Source of the DNA: an uncultured Gemmatimonadales bacterium
Lineage (GTDB): Bacteria > Gemmatimonadota > Gemmatimonadetes > Gemmatimonadales > GWC2-71-9
Length of the DNA stretch: 64,000 nucleotides
NCBI GenBank assembly: GCA_963842945.1
Contig: CAWJIM010000024.1
Location: 128,001-192,000, forward strand
Reading direction: 5' to 3'
Part shown: positions 1 through 12,153 of the stretch, piece after piece
Layout: each line of letters begins with the position of its first letter
How positions within the stretch are numbered: the first letter of the stretch is position 1
Position numbers and translations under genes: made by a program
The notes under the pieces: generated by a model
What the model was told of the DNA's origin: nothing
What the model saw: the letters and a program-made list of their open reading frames with translations, nothing else
The model's database searches: none

Positions 1-1480
<1,480 letters not shown>

Positions 1481-1530
1481 CGTAGAAATTCTCCTAGGGA
1501 TCACAGACATGTTGAGCAAGGGTTATGAAA

Positions 1531-1821
1531 TCAGTAGGCGCCGATGGGACGGTGGCCCGGTTCCGCCCGGGTGTGCACCAGAGTGAGGAAACGCTTGGCC
1601 AGCTTGTCGGCTTCACTCTCGCCGACCTGGTCGGTGTCGACCGTGACCAGGGTGTAGTGGCCGCCTTCCGCCTGCACCGACACGCCGATCCGGCCGATCG
1701 AACCGGCAAACTGACGCCGGCGGGGCCCCTCCTCCACCGGCGCGAGCGTAGCGCCGAAGAACTGCGCGGCTCCGGCCAGCACGTCGTCGGGAGAGAGATG
1801 AGTGCGGTGGAAATACTTCAT
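1531..1821 (-). CDS. Hypothetical protein, 96 aa, abutting ino1
   Basis: ATG immediately follows the ino1 stop; typical codon usage. Confidence 0.7.
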   Translation of the reverse strand: MKYFHRTHLSPDDVLAGAAQFFGATLAPVEEGPRRRQFAGSIGRIGVSVQAEGGHYTLVTVDTDQVGESEADKLAKRFLTLVHTRAEPGHRPIGAY

Positions 1822-3150
1822 TTAGTCTTCCAGATAGTACTCAATACCCAAATGGGTGATCTGCTTCTCACCCATCAGGTACCGAAGCGTGTTCTTGAGC
1901 TTGAGCTGCTGAATGAAGAGGTCGTGCTCGGGGTATAGTCCGGGTGCCACCTGCGGGCTCTTGAAGTAGAAGGAGAGCCACTCCTGGATCCCGGTGAGTC
2001 CGGCCCGCTGGGAAAGATCGAAGAACAGGGCCAGATCGAGCACCAGGGGCGCCGCCAGGATCGAGTCACGGCAGAGGAAATCGACCTTGATCTGCATCGG
2101 GTAACCCAGCCACCCGAAGATGTCGATGTTGTCCCAGCCCTCCTTGTTGTCACCCCGGGGCGGGTAGTAGTTGATCCGCACCTTGTGATACATGTTGCCG
2201 TACAGCTCGGGATAGAGCTGCGGCTGAAGGATGTACTCCAGCACGCCGAGCTTGGACTCTTCCTTGGTCTTGAAGCTCTCCGGATCGTCTAGCACTTCGC
2301 CATCCCGGTTGCCCAGGATGTTGGTTGAATACCATCCGGCCACGCCCAGCATTCTGGCCTTGAACATGGGCGAGAGCACGGTCTTGATCATCGTCTGGCC
2401 GGTCTTGAAGTCCTTGCCGCCGATGGGCACGCCCTTGCTCTTGGCCAACTGCTCCATCGCGGGAAAATCGCAGGTCAGGTTGGGAGCGCCGTTAGCGAAG
2501 GGCACCCGTTCCATGATGGCGGCGTAGGCGTACAGCATGGAGGGCGCGATCGTCGGATCGTTCGCGTCGACCGCCTTCTCGAACGCTTCCAGCGTCCAGT
2601 GGGCCGGACCCGGACTGATGAAGATCTCGGTGGAGGCGCACCAGATCATCACCAGGCGGTTGCATTTGTGCTTGGTCTTGAAGTCCCGGATGTCCTTGCG
2701 CAGGGCCTCGGCCTGGTCCCGCTTGCTGCCGCCCGGCTTGACGTTCTTGCCTTCCAGCCGTTTGACATACGCCTGATCGAACACCGCGGGCATCGGCTTG
2801 ATGCTCTTGAGGAAGCCGGCAATGGGCTCGATGTGCTCGTGCCGGTCCAGGACGCCGGCATGAAGGGCGGCGCTATATGCGTCGTCGGGCACCGGGTCCC
2901 AGGCCCCGAATACCAGATCGTCCAGCGCCGCCAGCGGCACGAATTCCCGGATGAGCGGCGCGCGCTTCTCGGTTCGCTTGCCCAGCCGGATGGTGCCCAT
3001 CTGGGTGACCGACCCGATCGGCCGAGCCGCTCCTCGGCGGATGTTCTCCACTCCCGCGATGAACGTCGTTGCAACCGCACCCAGTCCTACACACAACACT
3101 CCGAGCTTGCCGTCCGCCGGCGCGATTTGCCGGACCGTCGCTTCAGCCAC
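1822..3150 (-). CDS. ino1: myo-Inositol-1(3)-phosphate synthase
   Basis: GLGAVATT Rossmann motif, WCASTE, NGAPN, GKDFKTGQT, NILGNRDG and DSILAAPLVLDL motifs. Confidence 0.95.
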   Translation of the reverse strand: MAEATVRQIAPADGKLGVLCVGLGAVATTFIAGVENIRRGAARPIGSVTQMGTIRLGKRTEKRAPLIREFVPLAALDDLVFGAWDPVPDDAYSAALHAGVLDRHEHIEPIAGFLKSIKPMPAVFDQAYVKRLEGKNVKPGGSKRDQAEALRKDIRDFKTKHKCNRLVMIWCASTEIFISPGPAHWTLEAFEKAVDANDPTIAPSMLYAYAAIMERVPFANGAPNLTCDFPAMEQLAKSKGVPIGGKDFKTGQTMIKTVLSPMFKARMLGVAGWYSTNILGNRDGEVLDDPESFKTKEESKLGVLEYILQPQLYPELYGNMYHKVRINYYPPRGDNKEGWDNIDIFGWLGYPMQIKVDFLCRDSILAAPLVLDLALFFDLSQRAGLTGIQEWLSFYFKSPQVAPGLYPEHDLFIQQLKLKNTLRYLMGEKQITHLGIEYYLED

Positions 3151-3878
3151 TGCTATGTCCTTTTGCCAGGGGATCCAGCGCCGGCCGTTTGATCTTCCTT
3201 ACCTCGTCCATCCGCTGGACCGTCTCAGCGTGCAGCCGCTCTTCCGCCAGCAGAGCCTCGTCCACCAGCTCCGCATGCTGATAGACATACACGAAGCGCT
3301 GCACCACCGTGATAATCGAGGCGAGCGCCAGCAGGGCCACGATCGATTCCAGCAGCAGGGCATGGGGACCCGCACCGGCCAGCAGGGATGCGAAACCCAC
3401 CAGCAGCACCCGCTCCGCCCGCTGCGCGATGCCCACTTTACAGTCGAGTCCCAGCCCCTCGGCGCGCGCTCTGGCATAGGAGACCAGGAGCGAGCCCAGA
3501 ATGGCGATCATGCACAGAATGACGGCGAGGTTTCGGTAGGCGCACGTCCGGCGCGGTGAGGAGGAACGCTCCGATCCCGATGAAGGTCGCGCCATCGCCC
3601 ACCCGGTCCAGCGTGGAATCGTAGAACGCGCCGAAACGGGTGACCATCGCGCCGCTCCGCGCCACCTGCCCGTCCAGGGTGTCGGCCACGCCGCTCAGCA
3701 GGAGCAGGGTGCCGCCCCAACGGATGTGGCCGGTGGCGTACGCCACCGCGGAAACGAGAACGAGACCCGTCCCCACGGTGGTGATCGTATTGGGCCGTAC
3801 CCCGGAGCGAATGAGCCGCTGTACCAACGGGTTAACCGTGGCGTAAAACGGCTTCTCCAACGCACCTAGCAGCTTCAC
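3143..3878 (-). CDS. CDP-alcohol phosphatidyltransferase (PIP synthase/PgsA-like); frameshift near 3540
   Basis: DTLDGQVAR...GAFYDSTLDRVGD signature; the C-terminal frame has SYARARAEGLG...RAER. Confidence 0.9.
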
Positions 3879-4004
3879 CGTCGGCTCGATCCTCGCAGGA
3901 ACGGGTGATCAAAATTGCCGCGAAAGGATAACTGCCAGAACCGGTTAGGGCAATTACACGGGGCAGCGGGGACTTCGGGCGGGCGAGACCGATCCGCTCT
4001 TGGG

Positions 4005-5225
4005 TCAGCGATACAGCAGAGTTGGCAGCCGCCGTTTCCGAAACTGCTCCAGCTTGGAACTCCAACTTTTCACGATTTCACCCGCTGGTACTTCGCGCTC
4101 GATCTGCTCTCGCAACGTCGGTCCGCCCGCCAGGCGATCGAAGTGCGCCGGTATCCACTTAAAGTATTCCGGGTGAGCCTCTCTTATCACACTGAGAAGA
4201 TGGACCGCGGTGGCGGTCGGGTCGTAGGAGGAGCGGTCGGTGACCTCCAGCCTGATCCCGGCCAACGCGGTGTCGGCATACTTGGCATCCCCCGGCTTTC
4301 GCGGCGTGAACTGGACCCCGGAAAACCGCACGCCCGGAAGCGCGGCTGCCCGGATCGCTGTCAGCACACTAGTTGTGTCGAGCCAGGGAGCGCCCACCTG
4401 CTCGAATGGAGCATCCGACCCCCGCCCCACCGACAGGTTGGTCCCCTCGAAGAGGCAGGTGCCCGGGTAATGAAACAGACTTTCCAGGGAACGGAGATTC
4501 GGGCTGGGAGGAATAAAGGGAAGACCAGTCTGGTCCAGCGCCTGATCTCGCCGCCACCCAGCGACCGGTATCACCCGCAGATCAACCCGGATCTCCAGGT
4601 CCTGCGCGGCGAGACGGGCCAGCTCGCCCAGACTCATTCCATGGCGCATCGGGACGGCCAGGCTGCCCACCTTCGAGGTGAAGGCCGGGTCGAGCACGTT
4701 GCCCTGCACCAGGCCGCCGATGGGATTGGGCCGGTCGAGTATCAGCACCGGCAGCTTCCGGCGCGCTGCCGCCTGCATCACCTCGATCGTGGTGGCGAGA
4801 TAGGTGTAGTAGCGGGCGCCTGCGTCCTGCAAATCCACCAGCATCATATCGATGCCTTGAAGCATCTCGTCGGTGGGGGCAGAACTCCGGCCATAAAGAC
4901 TGTAGATTGGAAGCCCAGTGGCCGAATCTTTCGAAGACGCAACCAGAGCGCCCGGATCGGCCGCCCCCTGAAATCCGTGCTCGGGGCTGAACAGCGCCAC
5001 CAGCCGGATCCCGGCATCTCGCAGCCGCGTCACGTCGCTGATCCCCTGTGCATCCACGCCGGCCTGGTTGGTTACCAGACCGACCCGTCGGTTGCGGACC
5101 AGCTGCGTGCTGTCGCTCAGCAGGACCTCGATGCCCGGGCGTACGCGATCGCGGACGGCGCTGGTGCCAGCCGCGCAGCCGATACACCACCCCCAGATTC
5201 CCGTTAGGGCCAAAGCTCTGTGCAA
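4005..5225 (-). CDS. namZ: DUF1343 exo-beta-N-acetylmuramidase (NamZ family); start uncertain
   Basis: VGLVTNQ, LFSPEHG, DLQDAGARYYTY, LDRPNP, PSPN and EGTNLSVGRG motifs. Confidence 0.88.
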   Translation of the reverse strand: MHRALALTGIWGWCIGCAAGTSAVRDRVRPGIEVLLSDSTQLVRNRRVGLVTNQAGVDAQGISDVTRLRDAGIRLVALFSPEHGFQGAADPGALVASSKDSATGLPIYSLYGRSSAPTDEMLQGIDMMLVDLQDAGARYYTYLATTIEVMQAAARRKLPVLILDRPNPIGGLVQGNVLDPAFTSKVGSLAVPMRHGMSLGELARLAAQDLEIRVDLRVIPVAGWRRDQALDQTGLPFIPPSPNLRSLESLFHYPGTCLFEGTNLSVGRGSDAPFEQVGAPWLDTTSVLTAIRAAALPGVRFSGVQFTPRKPGDAKYADTALAGIRLEVTDRSSYDPTATAVHLLSVIREAHPEYFKWIPAHFDRLAGGPTLREQIEREVPAGEIVKSWSSKLEQFRKRRLPTLLYR

Positions 5226-6968
5226 TCCAAGTACCTCGTAGTGGCGTTGCTGGTGGTAGGGGCCTGCGGCAGAAGTAGCACCGCTCCGACCCCCCAACCG
5301 GCACAATTTCCGGGGCAGCCGACGCCGCCGGAAGTGGACATCGACGCGCTGCTCGGGTCACTCTCGTTGAGAGACCGGATAGCCCAGCTGGTCATTCCCT
5401 GGATCCCCGGGTCCTACGCCGCGTTCGATGACGAGGCCTTTGCCCGGATGCAGGTCTGGGTGGACTCGCTCCACGTCGGTGGTCTGCTGGTGTCGGTGGG
5501 ATCACCACTCGACGTCGCGGCCAAGCTCAACCGGCTGCAAGAGCGCTCGGCCGTGCCGCTGCTGGTCGGGTCCGACCTGGAAGCGGGCACCGCCATTCGG
5601 CTGAACGGCGGAACGCCGTTCCCTCCCAATATGGGCATTGGCGCGACGGCTCGGGACTCCGACGCCTATGAAGTGGGACGGATTACCGCACTCGAGGGTC
5701 GAGCGGTGGGCATCCACCTGGCCTTCGCGCCGGTGGCGGACGTGAACAACAATCCGGCCAATCCCATTATCAATGTTCGCTCCTTCGGCGAAGACCCCGA
5801 GGCAGTCGGCCACTTGGTCTCCGCGGAAGTCCGGGGGCTCCAGGACAACGGGATGCTCGCCACCGCCAAACATTTCCCGGGACACGGAGATACCGGCAGC
5901 GATTCTCATCTGGTGCTTCCCGTGTTGTTCAGCAACTGGGCCCGTCTGAGCTCGGTCGAGCTGGTTCCCTTTCGAAGCGCCATAGCCGCAGGCGTTACCG
6001 CGATCATGTCGGCTCACATCGCGCTGCCCGGCATGGATGGCGGGCTCATGCGGCCCGGTACCGTGGTTCCCAACATACTCACCGGCATCCTGCGGGACTC
6101 GCTCGGCTTCAAGGGACTGGTGATCACGGACGCGCTCAACATGGGTGGGATCGGCAACGTGTACGGGGCGGAGGCGGGGGTGCGCGCCTTCCAGGCCGGC
6201 GCCGATCTGTTGCTGCAGCCGGCCGATCCGGGCCAGGCGATCGACGCCATGGCGGCAGCGATCGGCCGGCGCGAGATCACGCCCGAGCGGTTGGACCGGT
6301 CGGTGCGCCGCGTGCTCGAGCTCAAGCGGCGGCTGGGCCTGTTCATCCGCAGAACGGTCCCGCTCGACAGCATTCCGGCGGTCGTGGGCAAGGCCGAATT
6401 TCGGGATGAGGCGCGCGCCATGGCATCGCGCTCCATCGTCATGGTGAAGGATGTGAATGGGCTGGTGCACAGCCTACGGCGCAGCCGGCCATCCCTCGCC
6501 ATGATCACCTACGGCGAGGAGGACAGCCGATCGCTGGGCAACGCCCTCGGGTCCGAGCTCAGGACCCGGGGATTTTCGGTGACCACGTTCAAACTGTGGC
6601 CCGCCAGCGGGCCGGCCAGCTACGATTCCGCCGCCAGCGCTATAGCTCAGGGATCAGTCACTCTGTTTGCCATCTCCGACCGGCCCACCGATCGCCGCGG
6701 CAATCTCGGATTCCCGGAGCCGGTCGGTTCCTTGATCTTTGCCACCGCCCGGGCTCGGCCAACCATCCTGGTGTCGCTGGGAAATCCCTACCTCATCAGC
6801 GACCTGCCCGAGGTGGGCTCCTATCTGATCGGCTGGCGCTCGAACTCCGTGACCGAGCAGGCGGTCGCCCGCGCGCTGGCCGGCGTCGCACCGATCACCG
6901 GCCGGCTCCCCATTTCCATTCCGCCGACCTATCCCCGCGGCTGGGGTCTGCAGCGGCACCTCCCGTGA
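5220..6968 (+). CDS. nagZ: GH3 beta-N-acetylglucosaminidase, lipoprotein
   Basis: KHFPGHGDTGSDSH NagZ motif, ITDALNM nucleophile region, lipobox VGAC. Confidence 0.9.
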   Translation: MQSKYLVVALLVVGACGRSSTAPTPQPAQFPGQPTPPEVDIDALLGSLSLRDRIAQLVIPWIPGSYAAFDDEAFARMQVWVDSLHVGGLLVSVGSPLDVAAKLNRLQERSAVPLLVGSDLEAGTAIRLNGGTPFPPNMGIGATARDSDAYEVGRITALEGRAVGIHLAFAPVADVNNNPANPIINVRSFGEDPEAVGHLVSAEVRGLQDNGMLATAKHFPGHGDTGSDSHLVLPVLFSNWARLSSVELVPFRSAIAAGVTAIMSAHIALPGMDGGLMRPGTVVPNILTGILRDSLGFKGLVITDALNMGGIGNVYGAEAGVRAFQAGADLLLQPADPGQAIDAMAAAIGRREITPERLDRSVRRVLELKRRLGLFIRRTVPLDSIPAVVGKAEFRDEARAMASRSIVMVKDVNGLVHSLRRSRPSLAMITYGEEDSRSLGNALGSELRTRGFSVTTFKLWPASGPASYDSAASAIAQGSVTLFAISDRPTDRRGNLGFPEPVGSLIFATARARPTILVSLGNPYLISDLPEVGSYLIGWRSNSVTEQAVARALAGVAPITGRLPISIPPTYPRGWGLQRHLP

Positions 6969-8175
6969 ATGGAGGGCGGATCACTCTTGTCCTCCTGCTT
7001 GCCGCTTGTGTCCCCAGTCATCCCAACGATTCGCCCAGTCCCGTGCTCCGGCTGAAGATCGATTGGCAACCGGTCATGCATTATCTCGACTCGGCGGTAG
7101 CCAGAGGTGCCGCTCCCGGTGCGGTGCTGGGCGTAATCCATGACGGCGAACGCTTCGTCTATGGCACCGGCCGCCTCGGTGACCTCGATGCCAGCCGTCC
7201 CGGCCCCAGCACTGTGTACGACCTCGCTTCTTTGACCAAGGTGGTCGGGCTTACCACCGGGCTGATGTTGGGGGTGAGCGAAGGAAAGATCGAGTTGGAC
7301 GCTCCGGTGCAGCGTTACGTTCCCGCATTCGCCGGGCCGGAGAAGGCAAGAATTACGGTACGCCTGCTTCTGGCTCACGCCGGAGGGCTCCCGGCCTGGA
7401 GACCGTTGTTCCGGGAGGTATCCAGCCGGCAAGACGCCTTCGCGCTGGCAGACACCACTCCCCTCGAATATCCCCCCGGGTCTCAAGACGTCTACTCCGA
7501 TCTGGGCGCGATCGTTCTCACCCAAGTCTTGGAGACCGTCTACCATCAGCGCATCGACTCGCTGCTGGAGCAGCGGATCTTTGGCCCCCTGGGCCTAGCC
7601 TCGTTGCGCTATCGACCGCCGCCGGCCTGGCTTTCCCGCATCGCCCCGAGCGAGATGGACCCCTGGCGCGGGCGAGTCCTTCGGGGCGAGGTGCACGACG
7701 AAAACGCGGCGGTGATGGACGGCGTCTCCGGTCACGCCGGGCTTTTTGGCTCGGTGGAGGATCTGCTGGGGTTTGCGGAATGGATGCTGGAACAGGCGGA
7801 CGGGCGGAAGGCGGTCGGGCGGTCGGATCGACCGGGAGCACGGATGGGATGGACCGACCGTCCGACCGTCCGACCGTCCGACCTTCCGTCGTCCAGACAT
7901 TCACCACCCGCCAGAACCTCGTCCCCGGCTCCAGTCGCGCGCTGGGCTGGGACACGCCGGACTCTGGGAGCAGCTCGGGCCGCCTGCTTTCGCCGCACAG
8001 CATCGGCCACACCGGCTTCACCGGTACCTCCATCTGGATCGATTTCGACCGCCGGGTCGCCATCGTGCTGCTCAGCAACCGGGTGCACCCCACCCGGAAC
8101 AACCCGCGCTGGAATCCGGTGCGTGCCGGCATCGCGGATCTGGTCATGACCACCCTCTTCGAGGACGTGCGATGA
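6965..8175 (+). CDS. Beta-lactamase-family serine hydrolase (AmiE-like); frame break inside an internal repeat
   Basis: SLTK (SxxK), YSD, GEVHDENA, GHAGLF and GHTGFTG motifs. Confidence 0.85.
7795..7890. repeat. Palindromic element with tandem 8-mer arms inside the serine hydrolase gene
   Basis: Left arm ggcggacg-ggcggaa-ggcggtcg-ggcggtcgga; right arm (ccgaccgt)x3-ccgacctt-ccgtc. Confidence 0.85.
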
Positions 8176-9972
8176 CACTTCACCTCTCCGACTGGCTCAT
8201 CATCGCGTTGTATTTCGTGATCTCGGCGGCGATCGGGTTGGCCTATACCCGGAAGGCGAGCCGGTCCCTGGCCGACTACTTCGTGACCGGCCGCTCGCTG
8301 CCCTGGTGGCTGGCGGGGACCTCGATGGTGGCCACCACCTTTGCCGCCGATACGCCCCTGGCGGTGGCCGGCTTTGTGGCCAAGTACGGCGTGGCCGGGA
8401 ACTGGCTCTGGTGGAACGGCGCGTTCGCCGTGGTTATGACCGTGTTCTTCTTCGCCCGGCTGTGGCGGCGCGCAGGTGTTCTGACCGACGTCGAGTTCGC
8501 CGAGCTGCGGTATGGCGGGCGGCCGGCAGCCGCGCTACGAGGCTTTCGTGCTCTCTATCTCGCTCTTCCCATCAATCTGATCATCATGGGCTGGGTCACC
8601 CGTGCCATGGTCACCATCCTTCAGGTCACTCTGAACGTGAACCCGTGGCGCGCCGCCATCCTGCTCTTCGGCGTCACGGCCTTGTACAGCGTGTTCTCCG
8701 GGCTCTGGGGGGTGATCGTCACCGATGCCTTCCAGTTCGTGGTGGCGATGGGTGGAACCATCCTGCTCGCGGTATTTGCCGTGAATTCGGTCGGCGGCCT
8801 CGACGTGCTGGTGCAGAAATCCGCGGCCCACTTCGGGTCCGCCGAGGCCGCGTTCGGCGTTCTTCCGCCGCTGGATCAGGCGTGGCTGCCGCTCAGCACT
8901 CTGCTGATCTTTCTGGGCGTGCAGTGGTGGGCGGCCTGGTATCCCGGGCAGGAACCGGGTGGCGGCGGCTACGTGGTGCAGCGCATCCTCTCCGCCAAGG
9001 ACGAGCGCCACGGGCTGCTGGCCACCCTGTGGTTCACCATTGCCCACTTCGCCCTGCGGCCCTGGCCCTGGATCCTGGTGGGATTCGTGGGCCTTGATTC
9101 GCTATCCCGGCCTGGTCAATCCCGAGGAAGGCTACGTCCGGGTCATGGTGGATGTGCTTCCCTCTCCTTTCAAGGGGCTGCTCCTGGCGGCATTCGCTGC
9201 GGCATACATGAGCACCATCAGTACCCACCTGAACTGGGGCGCCTCCTATCTCGTCAACGACGTGTACCTGCGATTCATCAAGCCGCAGGCCAGCCCGCGG
9301 GCGCAGGTCATCGCCTCGCGGATCGCGACCACCGTGCTGATGGTCTGCTCTCTGATTGTGATGAGCTTCCTCAGCAGCGTGGAGCAGGGCTGGAAGATTC
9401 TGATCGGGCTCGGAGCCGGCACCGGACTGGTGTTCATCCTGCGCTGGTACTGGTGGCGGGTAAACGCATGGTCCGAGATCAGCGCGATGATCGCCTCATT
9501 CGTGACCTCCCTTGTCCTGGCGCGCTACGGTTACAACCTGGACGACCTGTCCAAGCCGGCGTATGCCATCACCATGCTGATCACGGTGGGAGTCACCACG
9601 GTGGTATGGCTGACGGTGACCTTCGCGACTCAGCCGGAGAGCGAGGCGACGCTCGATCGGTTCTATCGCCGGGTCCGCCCCGGTGGACCGGGCTGGCGGC
9701 CGGTCTCGGCTCGGTTGGGATTTGCCGGCGACACCATACCCGGGGGCGCCCTGTCCTGGGTGAACTGGGTAGCCGGCCTCGCCACGGTGTACTGCGCCCT
9801 GGTTGGCATCGGGTCCCTGCTCACCGGCTCCCACCTGAAAGCCCTGCTCTACGGGGTCGGCGCGGTGGCGGCTTTCGCGTTGATTCAGCGTAATTTGCGG
9901 GCCGATCAGCAGTATATCGCCAACGTTGACAGGACCCGCGGCGGCGACTTAGAATTCTCTCAGTCCAACTGA
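8172..9972 (+). CDS. Sodium:solute symporter (SSS); frameshift near 9095
   Basis: DYFVTGRSLPWWLAGTSMVATTFAADTP, VQRILSAKDE and AAYMSTIST motifs; multi-TM. Confidence 0.9.
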
Positions 9973-10024
9973 GGTTTCCCCGCTGGCAGACTTCCCCTAA
10001 GTGGGGCTGACCGAAGGAGATAGA

Positions 10025-10393
10025 ATGAGCGGTGTCGAGCAGCAGTCCCCCGCCACCGGCTTCAGCATGGTGCTGACGCCGAGGGCGGCCGAAGAGGTGC
10101 AGAAGTTCATCACCCAGGAACAGGTTCCAGCCGAGAGCGCCGGCCTCCGGGTCAGCGTGCTTCCCGGTGGCTGCTCCGGGTTCAAGTACAGCCTGAACAT
10201 CGAAGAGCGGCCGCTGGAAGATGATATGGTGGCGGAGGTCAACGGCGTCCGGGTCTTCGTGGACGGCTTCAGCGCCCAGTATCTCACCGGCATCACCATC
10301 GACTACGTGACCTCGATGCAGGGCTCCGGCTTCACGTTCAACAACCCCAACGCCTCCGGCGGGTGCGGGTGCGGCAGCAGCTTTACTGCGTGA
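10025..10393 (+). CDS. A-type Fe-S cluster carrier (IscA/ErpA/HesB family)
   Basis: GGCSGFKY and CGCGSSF motifs; AAGGAGA RBS. Confidence 0.93.
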   Translation: MSGVEQQSPATGFSMVLTPRAAEEVQKFITQEQVPAESAGLRVSVLPGGCSGFKYSLNIEERPLEDDMVAEVNGVRVFVDGFSAQYLTGITIDYVTSMQGSGFTFNNPNASGGCGCGSSFTA

Positions 10394-10513
10394 GCGGTAG
10401 GCGGTGAGCGGTAAGCGGGCGGCCAGAGAAGATCGGATTCTCTGGCCGCCTTCGCGTGTCGCGCTGCCCGCTCACCGCTCACCGCTTACCTTCTCACCGC
10501 TCACCGCTCACGC
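10388..10513. repeat. Palindromic element with tandem 7-mer arms and an internal hairpin
   Basis: Left arm (gtgagcg)-type x4; right arm (cgctcac)-type x6; inner stem ggcggccagagaa/ttctctggccgcc. Confidence 0.88.
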
Positions 10514-10515
10514 TC

Positions 10516-12005
10516 TTGAGCACACGCCGACCTCGTCGTCGTCGTACTCTACTTCGTCTTTACCCTGGGCCTCGGCCTATGGGTGGCCCGGCGCCAACGA
10601 AGCGCGACCGACTACTTTCTCGGCGCGCGAGACCTGCCGGCCTGGGCCATTCTCCTCTCCATCGTCGCCACGGAGACCTCGGCGCTCACCGTCATCTCGG
10701 TGCCCGGGATCGGCGCGCGCTCCGACCTGACCTTTCTCCAGCTCACCTTTGGCTATCTGATCGGCAGGATCGCCGTCGCCCGCTGGCTCCTGCCCGGATA
10801 CTTCCGGGGCGAGCAGGAGACCGCCTATGCCCGGCTGGAGTCGCGCTTCGGCGTGGGCACACGCCGCCTTACCTCTACCGTCTTCCTGGTCACCCGATTC
10901 CTGGGCGATGCCGTGCGGGTGTTCGCCAGCGCGATTCCGCTGGCGCTGGTCACCGGCTGGAGCATGCCCACCTCGATCGTGGTGATGGGGATCGTCACCA
11001 TGATTTACACCTGGTTCGGCGGGTTCAAGGCGGTGGTGTGGACCGACGTGCTCCAGCTCTCAGTGTATCTGGCAGGAGGCATCGGGGCCCTGCTGGTGGC
11101 GTGGAGCATCGCGGGTGGCCCAGGACACGCGCTCGACCTGGCGGGCCAGGCGGGGAAGCTCAGAATCATCGATGCTCAGGTGGACTTCACCCACACCTAC
11201 ACGCTGCTGGGTGGGCTGGTGGGTGGAGCGCTGTTGTCCGCCGCCTCACACGGCACCGACCACCTCATCGTGCAGCGACTGCTGGCCACCCGCTCGCTGC
11301 GCGACGCCCGCATCGCGCTGATCGGCTCGGGGGTGATGGTGATCCTGCAGTTTGCCCTCTTCCTGCTGGTGGGGTCAGCCATCTGGGCCGCTGGGCTGGC
11401 GCCGTCGAGTGTGCCCGGAGACGAGCTGTTTCCCTCGTTCGTCCTGCACTATCTGCCCACCGGACTGGCCGGCCTGGTGGTCGCCGGGATCCTGGCCGCG
11501 GCCATGGGGACCCACAGCTCCGCCATCAACTCGCTGGCCTCGTCGGCGACGCATGACCTGTACGCGTCCTGGACCGGCCGGCAGGATCCCGCCCACTGCT
11601 CAGGTCGGCCGGCTGCTCTCGGCCATGTGGGCACTGGCCTTGGTGGGAGGAGCGCTCTTCTTTCACTTCGCCGCCAGCGGCAAAGACACTCCGGTCGTGG
11701 TGCTCGCGCTCTCGATCGCTTCGGTCACCTACGGGCCGCTGCTGGGCACCTATCTCCTGGCCACCCGCTGGCCTCGGGCCCGAAGCCGCGATGTGGTGGC
11801 GGCCGTTGCGGTGACGGTCAGCGCGATGCTGATCGTGGTCTTCGCCCGCCAGCTGTCGGCACTCGGAGGGCCGGCCTGGCTGACCCCGCTCGGCCGCCTT
11901 GCCTGGCCCTGGTACGTCCCCCTGGGCACCTTCCTGTGTGTCGCCACCGGCGTCTCCCTCAGCTACCTTCCCCCGTCACGGCAGGCAACGCTTAGCCGCA
12001 GATAA
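10516..12005 (+). CDS. Second sodium:solute symporter; frameshifts near 10522 and 11600
   Basis: DYFLGARDLP, SIVATETSALT, GGFKAVVWTD and GTDHLIVQRLL motifs. Confidence 0.88.
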
Positions 12006-12133
12006 CGTTGCCCAGATAAACGCAGATGCGCTCATCGCGGATACTCCGCCAGCCGCATCCGGGTCAGCACCAGCTCGGCAATCAGCCGTGACTGAACGCG
12101 TTATCTGCGTTATCTGCGTTCATCTGCGGCAAA
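11992..12133. repeat. Palindromic element with tandem 9/10-mer arms (cgcagataa)
   Basis: Left gccgcagataac...cagataaacgcagat; right ttatctgcgttatctgcgttcatctgcggc. Confidence 0.85.
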
Positions 12134-12153
12134 GTTTTTACTCGGAACGTCAA

